Of a stretch of DNA of 64,000 bases, positions 49,401-60,200 are shown in pieces; position 1 is the stretch's first letter, and the number at the start of each line of letters is the position of its first letter. The notes below the pieces were generated by a model. The model worked only from the letters and a program-made list of their open reading frames with translations, did not search any database and was not told where the DNA came from. Origin of the DNA: Sphagnum compactum. Lineage: Eukaryota. The stretch covers positions 10,158,213-10,222,212 of the forward strand of contig OZ234493.1 in the NCBI GenBank assembly GCA_965153455.1, read 5' to 3'. The position numbers and the translations under genes are program-made.

Positions 49401-51891
49401 AATGACATTACATGAATATAATATATGATGTGAAAATTTTTTCTTTTTTCAAAAAAATTAATTTCATGCTTAGCTTATAATTAATGACACGCTAAATTTT
49501 GACCCACTTGCACATGAAACAAATTTGGGTGTAATGATGATAACATATACCACATCAAATATGACAAGTGTTTGGTTTTTTATGCTTTTAGTGTCAAAAT
49601 TTGCCCTAATGTTGCAAATTTTTTAAAATTTACATGATTCCATTTTCAATATATTATGGAAACATGTGTAATAATTTGAATTGAATATAATGAGTATCAA
49701 GTATTCAAAATCACACATAAAGCACTATACCATTATTTTCAATTATTTCCTTTTTTTAAAGGATTTGAAATGCTTTCAAAATGACATAATCATGTACAAT
49801 AATTATTCAAATGTTTACATAATAATATAATATGTTATTAAAAATGATTATAATAAAAATCATGGATTTTTAATCCATGATATTTTGTAACGAATAATAG
49901 TCTACCACATCATCATGGTAAACATTCCCTTTCTTTTTCAAATTGTAAGAAACAATTCATCATAGTAAGGTCACATGTGCAAGGTTGGTTCATGTTATTT
50001 CGTTTGACCCCATTTTACATGCAAGTTATATAAGGCAACCCATCACAATGCATTACAAATTACAAGGTGAATACAAACAATGTTGTCAAGGAATTATTAT
50101 ATAAAGGAAACTTATTGGTCTATACAGTTTTGTTTTTAAGTAGTTGTTAGTGATCATTAGGTTTTTACCAATGTTGTGCAATTTTTCCTTTTAAAGAAAA
50201 CCTCCAATCTCAATTCTAAAACTTAATACTTTTTGGAGGTTTTTCAAGTGTTTGAATTTGGACTTCTCAATTTCGATTCTAGAATTTTTTTCAAATTCAA
50301 AAACTTTTAGGCCCAATTTTAAGAATGAATCTAGTTCCTTATACACATTGCACACACCCCCCGGCCACCCCCCCCCCCCAATGTTAAAGAAAATGTGTAA
50401 TGTGTTAAGATTTAAATGTTAAAGTAAAGCAATGCCTTAAAGGGCTTCACAAGTTTGATGTTAAGAATGTTAGTTTAGCTATCCATTTAAATCCAAATTA
50501 AATTAGTGTTACGACAAATTAATGCAGGTGATTGTGTTTTAGCTTGGAATTGATTAAAGTGTGAATGAGGTTCAAATTATTTTGTGTGAAGGATATAATC
50601 CCAAGTTCCATATTCTCAAATCATTTTTGATGATTTGAGATTTTAGAACACACAAGGTTATCTGTTGTAAGTTTTATATGCTAATGGAAGGTTTTATTTT
50701 TGTACATGATTGATGTGTGGTCAACCTTGGTTGAAGGTGAACCTTATTTATGATAATTTTATGTTATTTGGCTATGTTGGGAATGATGATAATTGTTGGC
50801 ACTAACATGGTAGTCCACGATATTGAGCCCTTGTGAAAGTGAAAGGTTTGAGAACTTGTCAAGCACTAGAGGGTCCTTCCCTTTCATAAAACATTTTGGA
50901 AAAAAATACATTCACCCACTCTCTTAGCTTGGATAGTGGGATAAGCTTTACAAACCCATGTTCAAGTGAGTTTATTGGATTAAACATGTGCTAAAAATGC
51001 CAAAAAAATTTCAAAATGTATTATGTACAAAGTTTTACAAATTAAAATCAAGGACTAAAACTAAGTAAAATAATATTAAAATATGAGGTTTAATTTTTCA
51101 AAAAAAAAACAACTTGCCTACCTAAAAAACCTAACCATGTGTTCAAAAATGTTTTTTCATAGTTTCAGTTTGGTTCCAAATCTAACAAAAGGTTAGTTCC
51201 ATGGTCTAGTTCTCTACATGATTCCAACAAAAGGGTGCTAGCTTGGTTCTGACTTACAGAAACTTCACCTTAAACCCCTAGATTCAACATTACAAATTGC
51301 ATACCTTGACAACATTTTTACCAATGTTAGGCATGTATGTTGGGACCCTAGTATATAGACAAATCTTATATATCAATCTTAGTACCGAGGAACTAACCAT
51401 GTTGGTATGTCTTTCCTTTGATATTTGTAATATACCATTATTACCCCATATGTGGTTCCACTAGTACCTTGGTTGATACAGAGTACGTGCTTGGTATTTT
51501 TTTTTTTGATATACATTGAATTAATATCATTCCCTTTGCACCCAATGGTATACAATGCAACTAATCAACTTAGGGTTATCATATGAGCTTTCAACTACTT
51601 CATAAACAATCACTTGGAGAGTTGTTCAAAGACTTTATAAGCAAACATGTAAAGAGTTATTTGATGAATGAAATTAAGTTCAAAACTATATGTCAATAAA
51701 ATGATTGTGTTGGGTGCATGTAATTGTTATAGGTGTGCTGGTGAGCATGTTGTAGCTATACAAACATGCTCTCTTGTGTTGTGATGTGTTGCCCTAGAGT
51801 AACAAGGGGTGTGTCAGTGACACTGTGGCCTTGCCATTTACATTAAAAAGTATCTTAAAGCCAAAAAAAACGAATTATGAAAATTCAAATA

Positions 51892-52135
51892 GGAAATTTT
51901 TTAATTCACACCTTTTTTGGTTAAATTCACACCCTTTCTTCGCGCAGAGTCTCACTTTGAATACGTGGAAGGACGCAAGTGTGGGGTCTGTGGTCAATCA
52001 GGGCACAACTCGAAAACTTGCCCGCAGAAGTAATTGAACTGATAAAGGAACATACTCTTAAAGTTTAATCTGCATAAAATCGGACGCGCGAAGGGCGTGA
52101 ATTTAACCAAAAAAGGTGTGAATTTAAAATTTTCC
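51892..52135 (+). mobile_element. Miniature Mutator-like (MULE) element carrying a CCHC zinc-knuckle fragment
   Basis: ~45-bp TIR GGAAA.TTTT.AATTCACACCTTTTTTGGTTAAATTCAC.CCCTT. 8-bp TSD TTCAAATA (51884-51891, 52136-52143). Internal frame RKCGVCGQSGHNSKTCPQK*. Confidence 0.82.
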
Positions 52136-52314
52136 TTCAAATATTTCAGCATGCAAAAATATATAATCTTCAAAAAAACTCTCTAAAAGAAACCAAAATC
52201 CTTCAAGACATCATAACTCTATAACTAATCTCAGGTTTCAACACAAGCCAAAATATCATCTTTCAAAAATCCTGGTATAAAAAATAGACCTATTATTGTC
52301 TAGGGGCCCATAAA

Positions 52315-52708
52315 AAAATCCCTTAAGCTACTATACTCTATAATGAATCTAAACACAAATATAGTTTGCCTTGGTAGTAGGCAAGGCCAACGCAAACGAA
52401 CGTACTCTCGTCCAAAGAGTTGTCACGGATCCAATCCTTCTTGGAAAATGATAGGATTTTTCCTCCCATCCCCATCAGTACAGACACTGACAAGGACACA
52501 CGCAATTTGGGTGGGTCCTGGCACCGTCTTTTTCTCTCCTTCCTCTCACTAGGTATCTACCGCGTCCTTTCCTTTCCCCTCCCCCAAACACACACACTTC
52601 CCAATATGCGCTTTGAGTCCTCCCTAACACGCTTTTGTTGGCCTTGCCTACCAACGCAAGGATATTGTGTTTAGATTCATTATAGAGTATAGTAGCTTAA
52701 GGGATTTT
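52315..52708. mobile_element. MITE with ~80-bp TIRs just upstream of the presenilin gene
   Basis: AAAATCCCTTAAGCTACTATACTCTATAATGAATCTAAACACAA...TAGGCAAGGCCAAC pairs with GTTGGCCTTGCCTA...TTGTGTTTAGATTCATTATAGAGTATAGTAGCTTAAGGGATTTT. Confidence 0.85.
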
Positions 52709-53256
52709 GTTTGTTTTGTTTTGTTTTGTTTTGGGGTGATTATGGTTTTTCTTGTAGAGGAGGAACTCGATGTTTAGTAGTACAAGTCGAGAGAGGGTTT
52801 GAGCCTTTGTTTTTCCCCCCTCTTCTTTGATTCCTAAAGAGGGGACTTATCAGAACATTTTGGCATCTGTTGATGGAAGAAGAGTAAAGCAAGGGTGGAA
52901 AAAGTCCTTGCATTTCTGAACTTGTTTTCCACTCAGATTTTTTTTCCCTCCAAGCTTGGAATTGCAAACTCCAGAAACCCAAAGCAATCTGAGAGGAGAG
53001 GATATTTTTTAAGGCGGGAGCTTCCAAGGAAAGTATGAACTAAACCTAATTCTGTCTTGAATTGGACTTTGGTATGAAGCTAGAAGATTTTTGCAATCAA
53101 GGAGAAAAACGAACTCAATCCTGCTGCTATACATGGTATGTAAGGTGTTGAAGTCAAGAGAAGAGCAAGGACACACTAATATTGTGACAAGGGTTTTGTA
53201 AGTAAGTCTCTGGTTGTGTGGCTCACAAGCCCAAGTTTGAAAGCAAATAATCAACC

Positions 53257-54690
53257 ATGGAGAAAGCGATTCTTGATAGCGTGGGAGGAGAGATTATTAG
53301 CATAGTAACCCCGGTGTCAATTTGCATGCTGTTGGTGGTACTTCTGGTTCATACTTTGACTCCTCATGGATCTGTGGTGGCACCGATTGCTACAGTTGCT
53401 ATGATGGTATATAGTGAGAAACCCAATGACTCTCTCTTTGAGAAGCTCCGGGGTGGGTTCTTGAATGCTATCATTTTTGTGTGCATTGTCATGACTGTCA
53501 CTTTTGTGCTGTTTGGACTCTTCTACTTCCGGTTCACCAAGTGCCTTAGGGTTTACATGGGGTTTTCTGCTTTTATGGTCCTGGCGTGGATGGGTGGCAC
53601 AGTAATGGTGGAGTTGATCCAGTTCTTCTCCATTCCAATTGATGTGATTACATTTGGGATCTGCCTTGTAAATTTTGCAAGTGTTGGTGTAATAGCTGTC
53701 TTCTTCTGCCGGATGCCAATTGTGCTCACCCAAGGGTACCTTGTTGTCATTGGAATGCTTGTGGCATTCTGGTTCACAAAGCTTTCCGAATGGACAACAT
53801 GGACTCTCCTCATCTCTATGGCTGTTTATGACATTATGGCAGTACTGGCCCCTGTTGGTCCACTCAATATGCTTTTAGAGCTTGCAATGACACGGGATGA
53901 AGAGATCCCAGCACTTATTTATGAAGCTCGACCTGTGCTCCCTAGGCAGATGCCTGGACCTCCACCTACATCTTCGTCCTCAACACCTGTGCAACCAAGA
54001 AGATGGAGCCACCTTGGGGCCCCTCCACACTCTCTGCTGAACATAGCGATTGGGAGGGGGAACTCAGCAGGCTTAAATGTTGACTCTGACAATTTTCAGA
54101 CCTCCAATTTGGGAACCGAAGGTGGACGTGAGCTGATGAATTTTGTCACTGAGCCACCCATAGCACCAGAAGCAGGACTTCTTGGCTCAGGGTTGGTCTC
54201 ATCAACTGGGGATGCCGGAACCCTAAACTCTGTCTCTTCAGTTCTTGCTGGACATCAACCCATAGACCCAAATGTAGATGAGGATACTGTTCCATTGGTG
54301 AATCATGGAACTCAAAACATGGCAGCAGTGGACAGGATGGAATTAGGGACACAAATGCAGCCGAGGGATCTTGATGAGGATGAATTGGAAAGAAATGATG
54401 AGGGATTTGGGCTTGGGGTTTCTGGTGCAATCAAACTTGGGCTTGGGGACTTTGTATTTTACAGCGTGTTGGTGGGGCGGGCAGCGATGTATGATTTGAT
54501 GACTGTGTATGCATGCTACCTTGCAATAGTAGGAGGGCTCGGTGCAACACTCATCTTGCTTGCAGTCTGGCGGCGGGCAATGCCAGCATTGCCTATTTCT
54601 ATCTCATTAGGAGTGGTATTCTATTTCTTGACTCGTCTTATCATGGATCCATTTGTTGTTGACCTTGCTACACACCTTGTCTTCTTTTGA
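53257..54690 (+). CDS. PSEN: Presenilin (gamma-secretase catalytic subunit, peptidase A22A), 477 aa, intronless
   Basis: Multi-TM protein with catalytic YD (AVYDIMAVL), GxGD (KLGLGDFVFYSVL) and PAL (MPALPISI) motifs, plus a large hydrophilic loop. Confidence 0.97.
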   Translation: MEKAILDSVGGEIISIVTPVSICMLLVVLLVHTLTPHGSVVAPIATVAMMVYSEKPNDSLFEKLRGGFLNAIIFVCIVMTVTFVLFGLFYFRFTKCLRVYMGFSAFMVLAWMGGTVMVELIQFFSIPIDVITFGICLVNFASVGVIAVFFCRMPIVLTQGYLVVIGMLVAFWFTKLSEWTTWTLLISMAVYDIMAVLAPVGPLNMLLELAMTRDEEIPALIYEARPVLPRQMPGPPPTSSSSTPVQPRRWSHLGAPPHSLLNIAIGRGNSAGLNVDSDNFQTSNLGTEGGRELMNFVTEPPIAPEAGLLGSGLVSSTGDAGTLNSVSSVLAGHQPIDPNVDEDTVPLVNHGTQNMAAVDRMELGTQMQPRDLDEDELERNDEGFGLGVSGAIKLGLGDFVFYSVLVGRAAMYDLMTVYACYLAIVGGLGATLILLAVWRRAMPALPISISLGVVFYFLTRLIMDPFVVDLATHLVFF

Positions 54691-55500
54691 GCAAATCTTT
54701 TTGAACTGGAGAAGTGACTGACACACAGGATGAAGCTCTGAGTCTTGGAACTCTTACTTGCTCATGTCTCTCTGACCAAGTGAATCTTTTTCAGAAGTGT
54801 CAAGAAATTGGGTTAAAGTTTTCCTCATAGTATATAGGCCATAGTTGTAGTGTGCACAAATCAACAACTCTTCCCCCCTTGATGCAGACTGTTGGCAAAC
54901 TATTCACTGTAATTTTTTAATGTGTCACCTGTCCTATTTGTATGTGATGACTTTTGTACTTCGCTATTATTTGCATCATGAGTTCTGAACTGGGACACAC
55001 ATCTTTCCCAGTTTGAGTGTGGTTCCATTTTGTTCATACCACAAATCAACTCAACAGTGCATGATAATGCACAATCATTTCATAGTTCAGTTCCAACATG
55101 AATTAAACTCCAATCCTCACTGTCTAATATTAGAACCTGAGCTTTTTCTAACATGCCACCCTTAAAGATGGATCCTTATCTATTTCCTGGTGGTGTGTGG
55201 ACTCTTGAGGCCAAAGGGAGTAAGCAACCTGAAGAGCAATGCATATATGAAGAGATTTTGAATTGCTGTAATGCAAATTCTTCTGAAAATCTTTTGGCAA
55301 AGTTTATGTCCAAGTACCAGAAAGTTGGGCAAGATTCAGATCTCCACAGAACAGGGAGTGGTGTGTATCTTAGTTACTGTCAGAGGATCTGTCAGTCTGT
55401 TAGGGAATAATAAATCCAACCTTAAATGCTCTCAAGGTTGGTGGGCTCATTTTGTACGAAACTCCAGATTTCATTGTTCTTGAGGGTTGTTGGGGGACTA

Positions 55501-55647
55501 TTTCAGTGCTGAATTGGGTGAACCTGCAAATGACCCAGGAACATCACTTTCAGTGCTGAACTGGGTGAAACTGCAAATGACCCAGGAACATCACTTTCAG
55601 TGCTGAACTGGGTGAAACTGCAAATGACCCAGGAACATTACTTTCAG
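55501..55647. repeat. Tandem minisatellite, 47-bp unit x3
   Basis: TTTCAGTGCTGAACTGGGTGAAACTGCAAATGACCCAGGAACATCAC starts at 55501, 55548 and 55595, with a partial unit at 55642. Confidence 0.95.
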
Positions 55648-57269
55648 CAGTGGCAATGAAATGCATCCGGCATTTGTCAATTTACGAGGACTTTTGATTT
55701 TGTGAAAAGTGGAGTATTGTTTCAGTCTTTCATTTGCAAGTGTGTGAGCAGATTTCAAGTTTTGGGTAGGTCTTCCATCAATGTTTTATCTGAAGCAATA
55801 CTCTTGTCTTGGTAAATCATCTAATGCAAGGTCTAAATTGGAGAAATGAAACTGGTGGCTCATCAACTTTAACATCTTTTGAATTGTGCATTGAGATGTT
55901 GAACTTGTATACCCAAAAAGTAATTTAGTTTGCTGGAAAGGAATTAAAAAGTGCTTATTGGGGGGCTTGACTTGGTAGTAGCTTATGTTGGCCATGAGTG
56001 GCCCATGACATATAACATTGGAGTTTCTACATGGCAAGTTTGTACATGGCAAAGTACAATGAAAAGTTATTATACCATTGTCCTTGAATTGTGCAAATCA
56101 ATGTCTTTTGGTTGATGTCAATGAGTGATCTAAATACTTATGTTACAAACATCTTTGGACTAAACTTGTTCCAAAACTATTTTGTTGATCATAAATTGAT
56201 TTTTGGAAGGTTATGTTGTGCATTGAAAGGGGTGGTGTGTGCATCATGGAGTTGTGTTCTGAAGGATAAAGTTTAATGCATGGTTAATCTTAGGAATTGT
56301 TAGCAACTGAACAAAGACTGAACAAATTTCCTTGCTTATTAGGATTTACACAAATTTTCAAGTAGAGGATTTGCAGAAAATCATGAATGTGAAAAATTGG
56401 TCATCTAAATATGTCATGGATATGTACTGATGTAAGCCTTTCTCACTTAACTTGCACGAACATGAAAATGACTTGGTCGAGCTAAATGCTACCAATCCTT
56501 TTATTTGTATAGATGGAATTGGATCCTATAACCAAGGATAATTAATTCAGAAGACTGCTACTGAACATACCAGATGAGATCTGTCCAGAAAATTGTACCC
56601 ATAATCCGAGGTTATATTGTTATAGAAAATTTCAACTACGTAAACAAAAGAAATTCCTCAAATTTTGAAATAGTGGATTTAAAATATGGTTTCCAGATTA
56701 GCATATCTTGCCATGATCATGCATCATCAAAATTGCTACTTGATAGGGGTAGACATTGCAAAGGGGCAATTGGCAGATCTATCACCAAGTTATCTTCCTC
56801 AAAACTTTGTTGTGTCCCTTCATTCTTCAAGTAAGGCTTCTTCTTTAATATTATTTCTCCAAAAAGAGGGCAAAACTTTGCTGTGAAGTCTGCTTACTAT
56901 TGTGATCTGATCCTGTATTCTTCAACTCACAGTTCTTGAATCTGGAACCCAACCAAGGTTTCATCAGAATAGGACAAACCCATTCTGAACAGACTAAAAT
57001 CACGAACTCATTTGAAACATGCAGACCAGTGCACTATGACTTAGTCTCACTTTATCACATCACTGCTCATCTGTAGGTACCCTCTACTGCAGGAGAAGAG
57101 CATTTCACTGATGAATCTTTTGTACATAAATACTCTCATCTGATGATCTGCTGGAGTATAACTTTCCATTCTTGACTTGGATCCAAATGTTAAAATAAAA
57201 GTGTCCCAATTTCCCCATAAGAGCTTCCCATCCATTCAATACACCCGAGCTGCCATCTGGGGGGGGGGG

Positions 57270-60200
57270 GCTCCCATCGTTGTCTCAAGAACCTTGTCAA
57301 ACTCCTTTCCAAGCATTTGGCGTCGATTGTGTTCGTTTTTTCGTTTGCAAAACACTCCCATGTTCTATGCAACATTTTGCGCATGCATAGATTTGAAAAT
57401 AGGCTAAAAATAGTGCCTTCAATATTTTAGGGTTTAGGGCTTGAAAGAATCAAAATTAGGGCTGCAACAAAACCCCAACAAAGCTCAACTTCTTTTGTCA
57501 CTTTTAGTTTGGGAAGCTCGTAGTGCACTTGAGTGCAATATAGCAATTGTGCAATTGATAACTTTAATGTCATTCTACATTATTTTCTTGGTACGTTTAG
57601 GGTTTGATTGTTTGTAGCAATGGAGTCGGTGCAAGGAGAACCTCCATGTGATCTCAATGTTATTCCGACAAAGAAACTCACCTCCCTTGCACCTAGCGGC
57701 ATCACAACTTATCAAAGTTGTCTTACTCCCACTATCAACATTGTGGAGGACAATGACAATTCTCAAGAATTTGACAACATAGAGGAGGACGAAGGAAGCA
57801 TATCAGAACCAAAACACATGCGATAACACATGCGATGCCACCGACAAGGGTCATCAATAGAGGCCACTTGGTTCAGGAGTTGCTACCCATACATGCACAA
57901 GAAGATCTTTACATGATCCAACTACTTGGGCTTCAAAGATATATTGACATTATTTATAATGCGCGTATAATGGGTAACTAGGGTATATTCCTCATTTAAG
58001 CTTTGTTCCTCCTTCCTTTTCTACCATTCTATACATGTTGGTCTACTGTTGCTTGTTGTTTTTTGTGTGTGCATATGTATTTTCTGTTTTTTGTATTCTT
58101 TCATATGATCTACCACAATCAAATCCTAAAAATAGAACCCTTTACATCAAATAACCAAACATAACAACTTTAGTATGTTATGGTTTCCACTTATTATTTC
58201 CACTTCTCCCAATTGTTTTGTCAATCATTTTCTCCACTATAGGGTGGGTATTAAACAAAAAAGGAATTTTTTTAAAAACTCAACCACTGGAGGCAAATTA
58301 ATCTTACGGTGCTTGCCACAAAAAACAATTATGTTGTAGTGTGCTAGACATCACAAAACTACAAATCGATTATAAAAAAATTGGTGAAGGTAATGCACAT
58401 TGAAGTTGTTTTCCATTTCACAATGAAAACATTGTTTGTGAATTAGTATTGGCGAAAGCTCAATGGTAGTTCTGTAATTATTTTCTAAATTTTATTTTTT
58501 TTTAGTCAATGTTCCATTGAGATTGTAGTTGCAAAAAATTTGTAAACTCGTGTTTACAACAATTGTTTTGCCATGTGTTGTGGTTAATTGAATTATCCTA
58601 ATAGGTAGCTTGTCAAAAACAATGTTGCAATTTGTTGTTTATCACATAATTACATATTGGAGTTGGGATTTTGTTGTTGTGTTTTCAATCGTGGCATGTT
58701 CATGTGTAGGTTTTTGGAGGTCCATCCCACAAGACCAAAATCTATAAATGCAACATGCAACAAAGTAGGAGAACATGTGTGGCCTTGTATCTTGAGGATG
58801 AGTATGAAGAACTTGTAGTGGAAGCAAAATTTGATTATAAGCGGCCTAACAACCCTATTTGCAATTGGCTTTCCTTCCAATGTAAGTTCTACAAGGTTTG
58901 CATGAAAGATAATAACACTATTTCTTATCACATAATGATGAACCAGGGCCCTTCTTACAAGGGGAAAAAGCTCTTGAAGACGTACTTGACTTGGAACAAG
59001 AGTGTAACAAAGGAAATAATTAGGTTAGGTGTGAAGTTTGGGAAGACCATACCCAGTTGAAACAAGCGTCCTACTTTAAATGAAGCAAATCTTCCTCCTA
59101 AATGGGCTACACCCAATCCGGAATGTTTGGAAATAGGGGTTATGCCACCTCCATGGTCTATATATGCTAAAGAGGACATATGCATTATCAATAGTGATGA
59201 TGACTTCTCACTTACTCCACATAAAAACAAAAGTAAGCAACTAGGTGTCATTAAACTCTCCATTTCTAGGAACAACTTTTATTTACAACATGCTCCCAAG
59301 GAGAAGGCAAAAATCCCTACCCAAACTAAAACTACCACATCACTCTTAGGTACCGAGTCTACTACAAACCAGTCTACTATAAATCCACAACGAAATTTAA
59401 TAGATTTGAGTAAAGCTGAAGTGGAGGCAAGGGCATTGGCCATTATAAAGACATTCACAATAGAAGGTGATTGTGTATTGCCTCAATCCTTTTCCAAAAA
59501 AAATGTTAATGAATGGGTTGTTTGTTTTGTTGTGAGAGGTAGACATGGTTATGGACAAGATTCTTCTGCAAGATCCCAAAGCTTACATGGCAATCCTTAC
59601 GAGCATGGAAACAATAGGAATTTTATGCAATAGTCTTGTTGCATTTGGGCAATGGTATTCATATCCTACTATAAGTTTACATCCGCCATCCATTCATGTT
59701 TAATCAATTCTTGCAACCATTTTTACAATGTCATATTGCATTAGGTTTTTTCATGTGTTAATTAACTTCTACATCCTACTCTAGGAAAATGGAAGTATTA
59801 ACAAAAGTCCTCACACAGAGGCTATTGTGAAGAGTTGTTTGGTTGCTTAAACATTCAACGGGGCTAAAGAAAAGACAATGGAGAGATTTTGAGAGATCAA
59901 CGATCTGAAGGATTACACGCAATACCTAACAGTAAAGAAAGAGTATGAAGCAAAGAAAGCAAGTGCTTAATTGACCCTGAAGATGAAAAAAGTTGAATAT
60001 GTTTTGCAACAACTTCATGATTTTGATGAGAGGGTAAATATCACAATGCAACTATTTTATCTATTGGGTCTTGTATTTATTACCACTACATGTTTTGTTA
60101 AAGCCATTCTAGATCACCCATCCTAACACAATCCAACACTAATAACATGTGTCATCTTTGCATTTGGTACACAATGGTTTGTTGATTTGCATGCAGGTTT

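Noticed and set aside
50161..51332. Second case of stacked hAT elements (GTTTTTAC-CAATGTTG ... CAACA-TTTTTAC-CAATGTTAG)
   Set aside because: The junction needs a 4-bp deletion to fit and no right end for the second element was found. Suggestive only.
53317..54430. Antisense ORFs within presenilin (and similar ones in the Aha1 and TPX2-like genes)
   Set aside because: Shadow frames of real CDSs with no independent motifs.
55501..55647. CRISPR array
   Set aside because: Units are contiguous with no unique spacers, there are no cas genes, and the context is eukaryotic.
57427..57605. Telomeric array
   Set aside because: Only two or three isolated TTTAGGG units; interstitial telo-box-like motifs.
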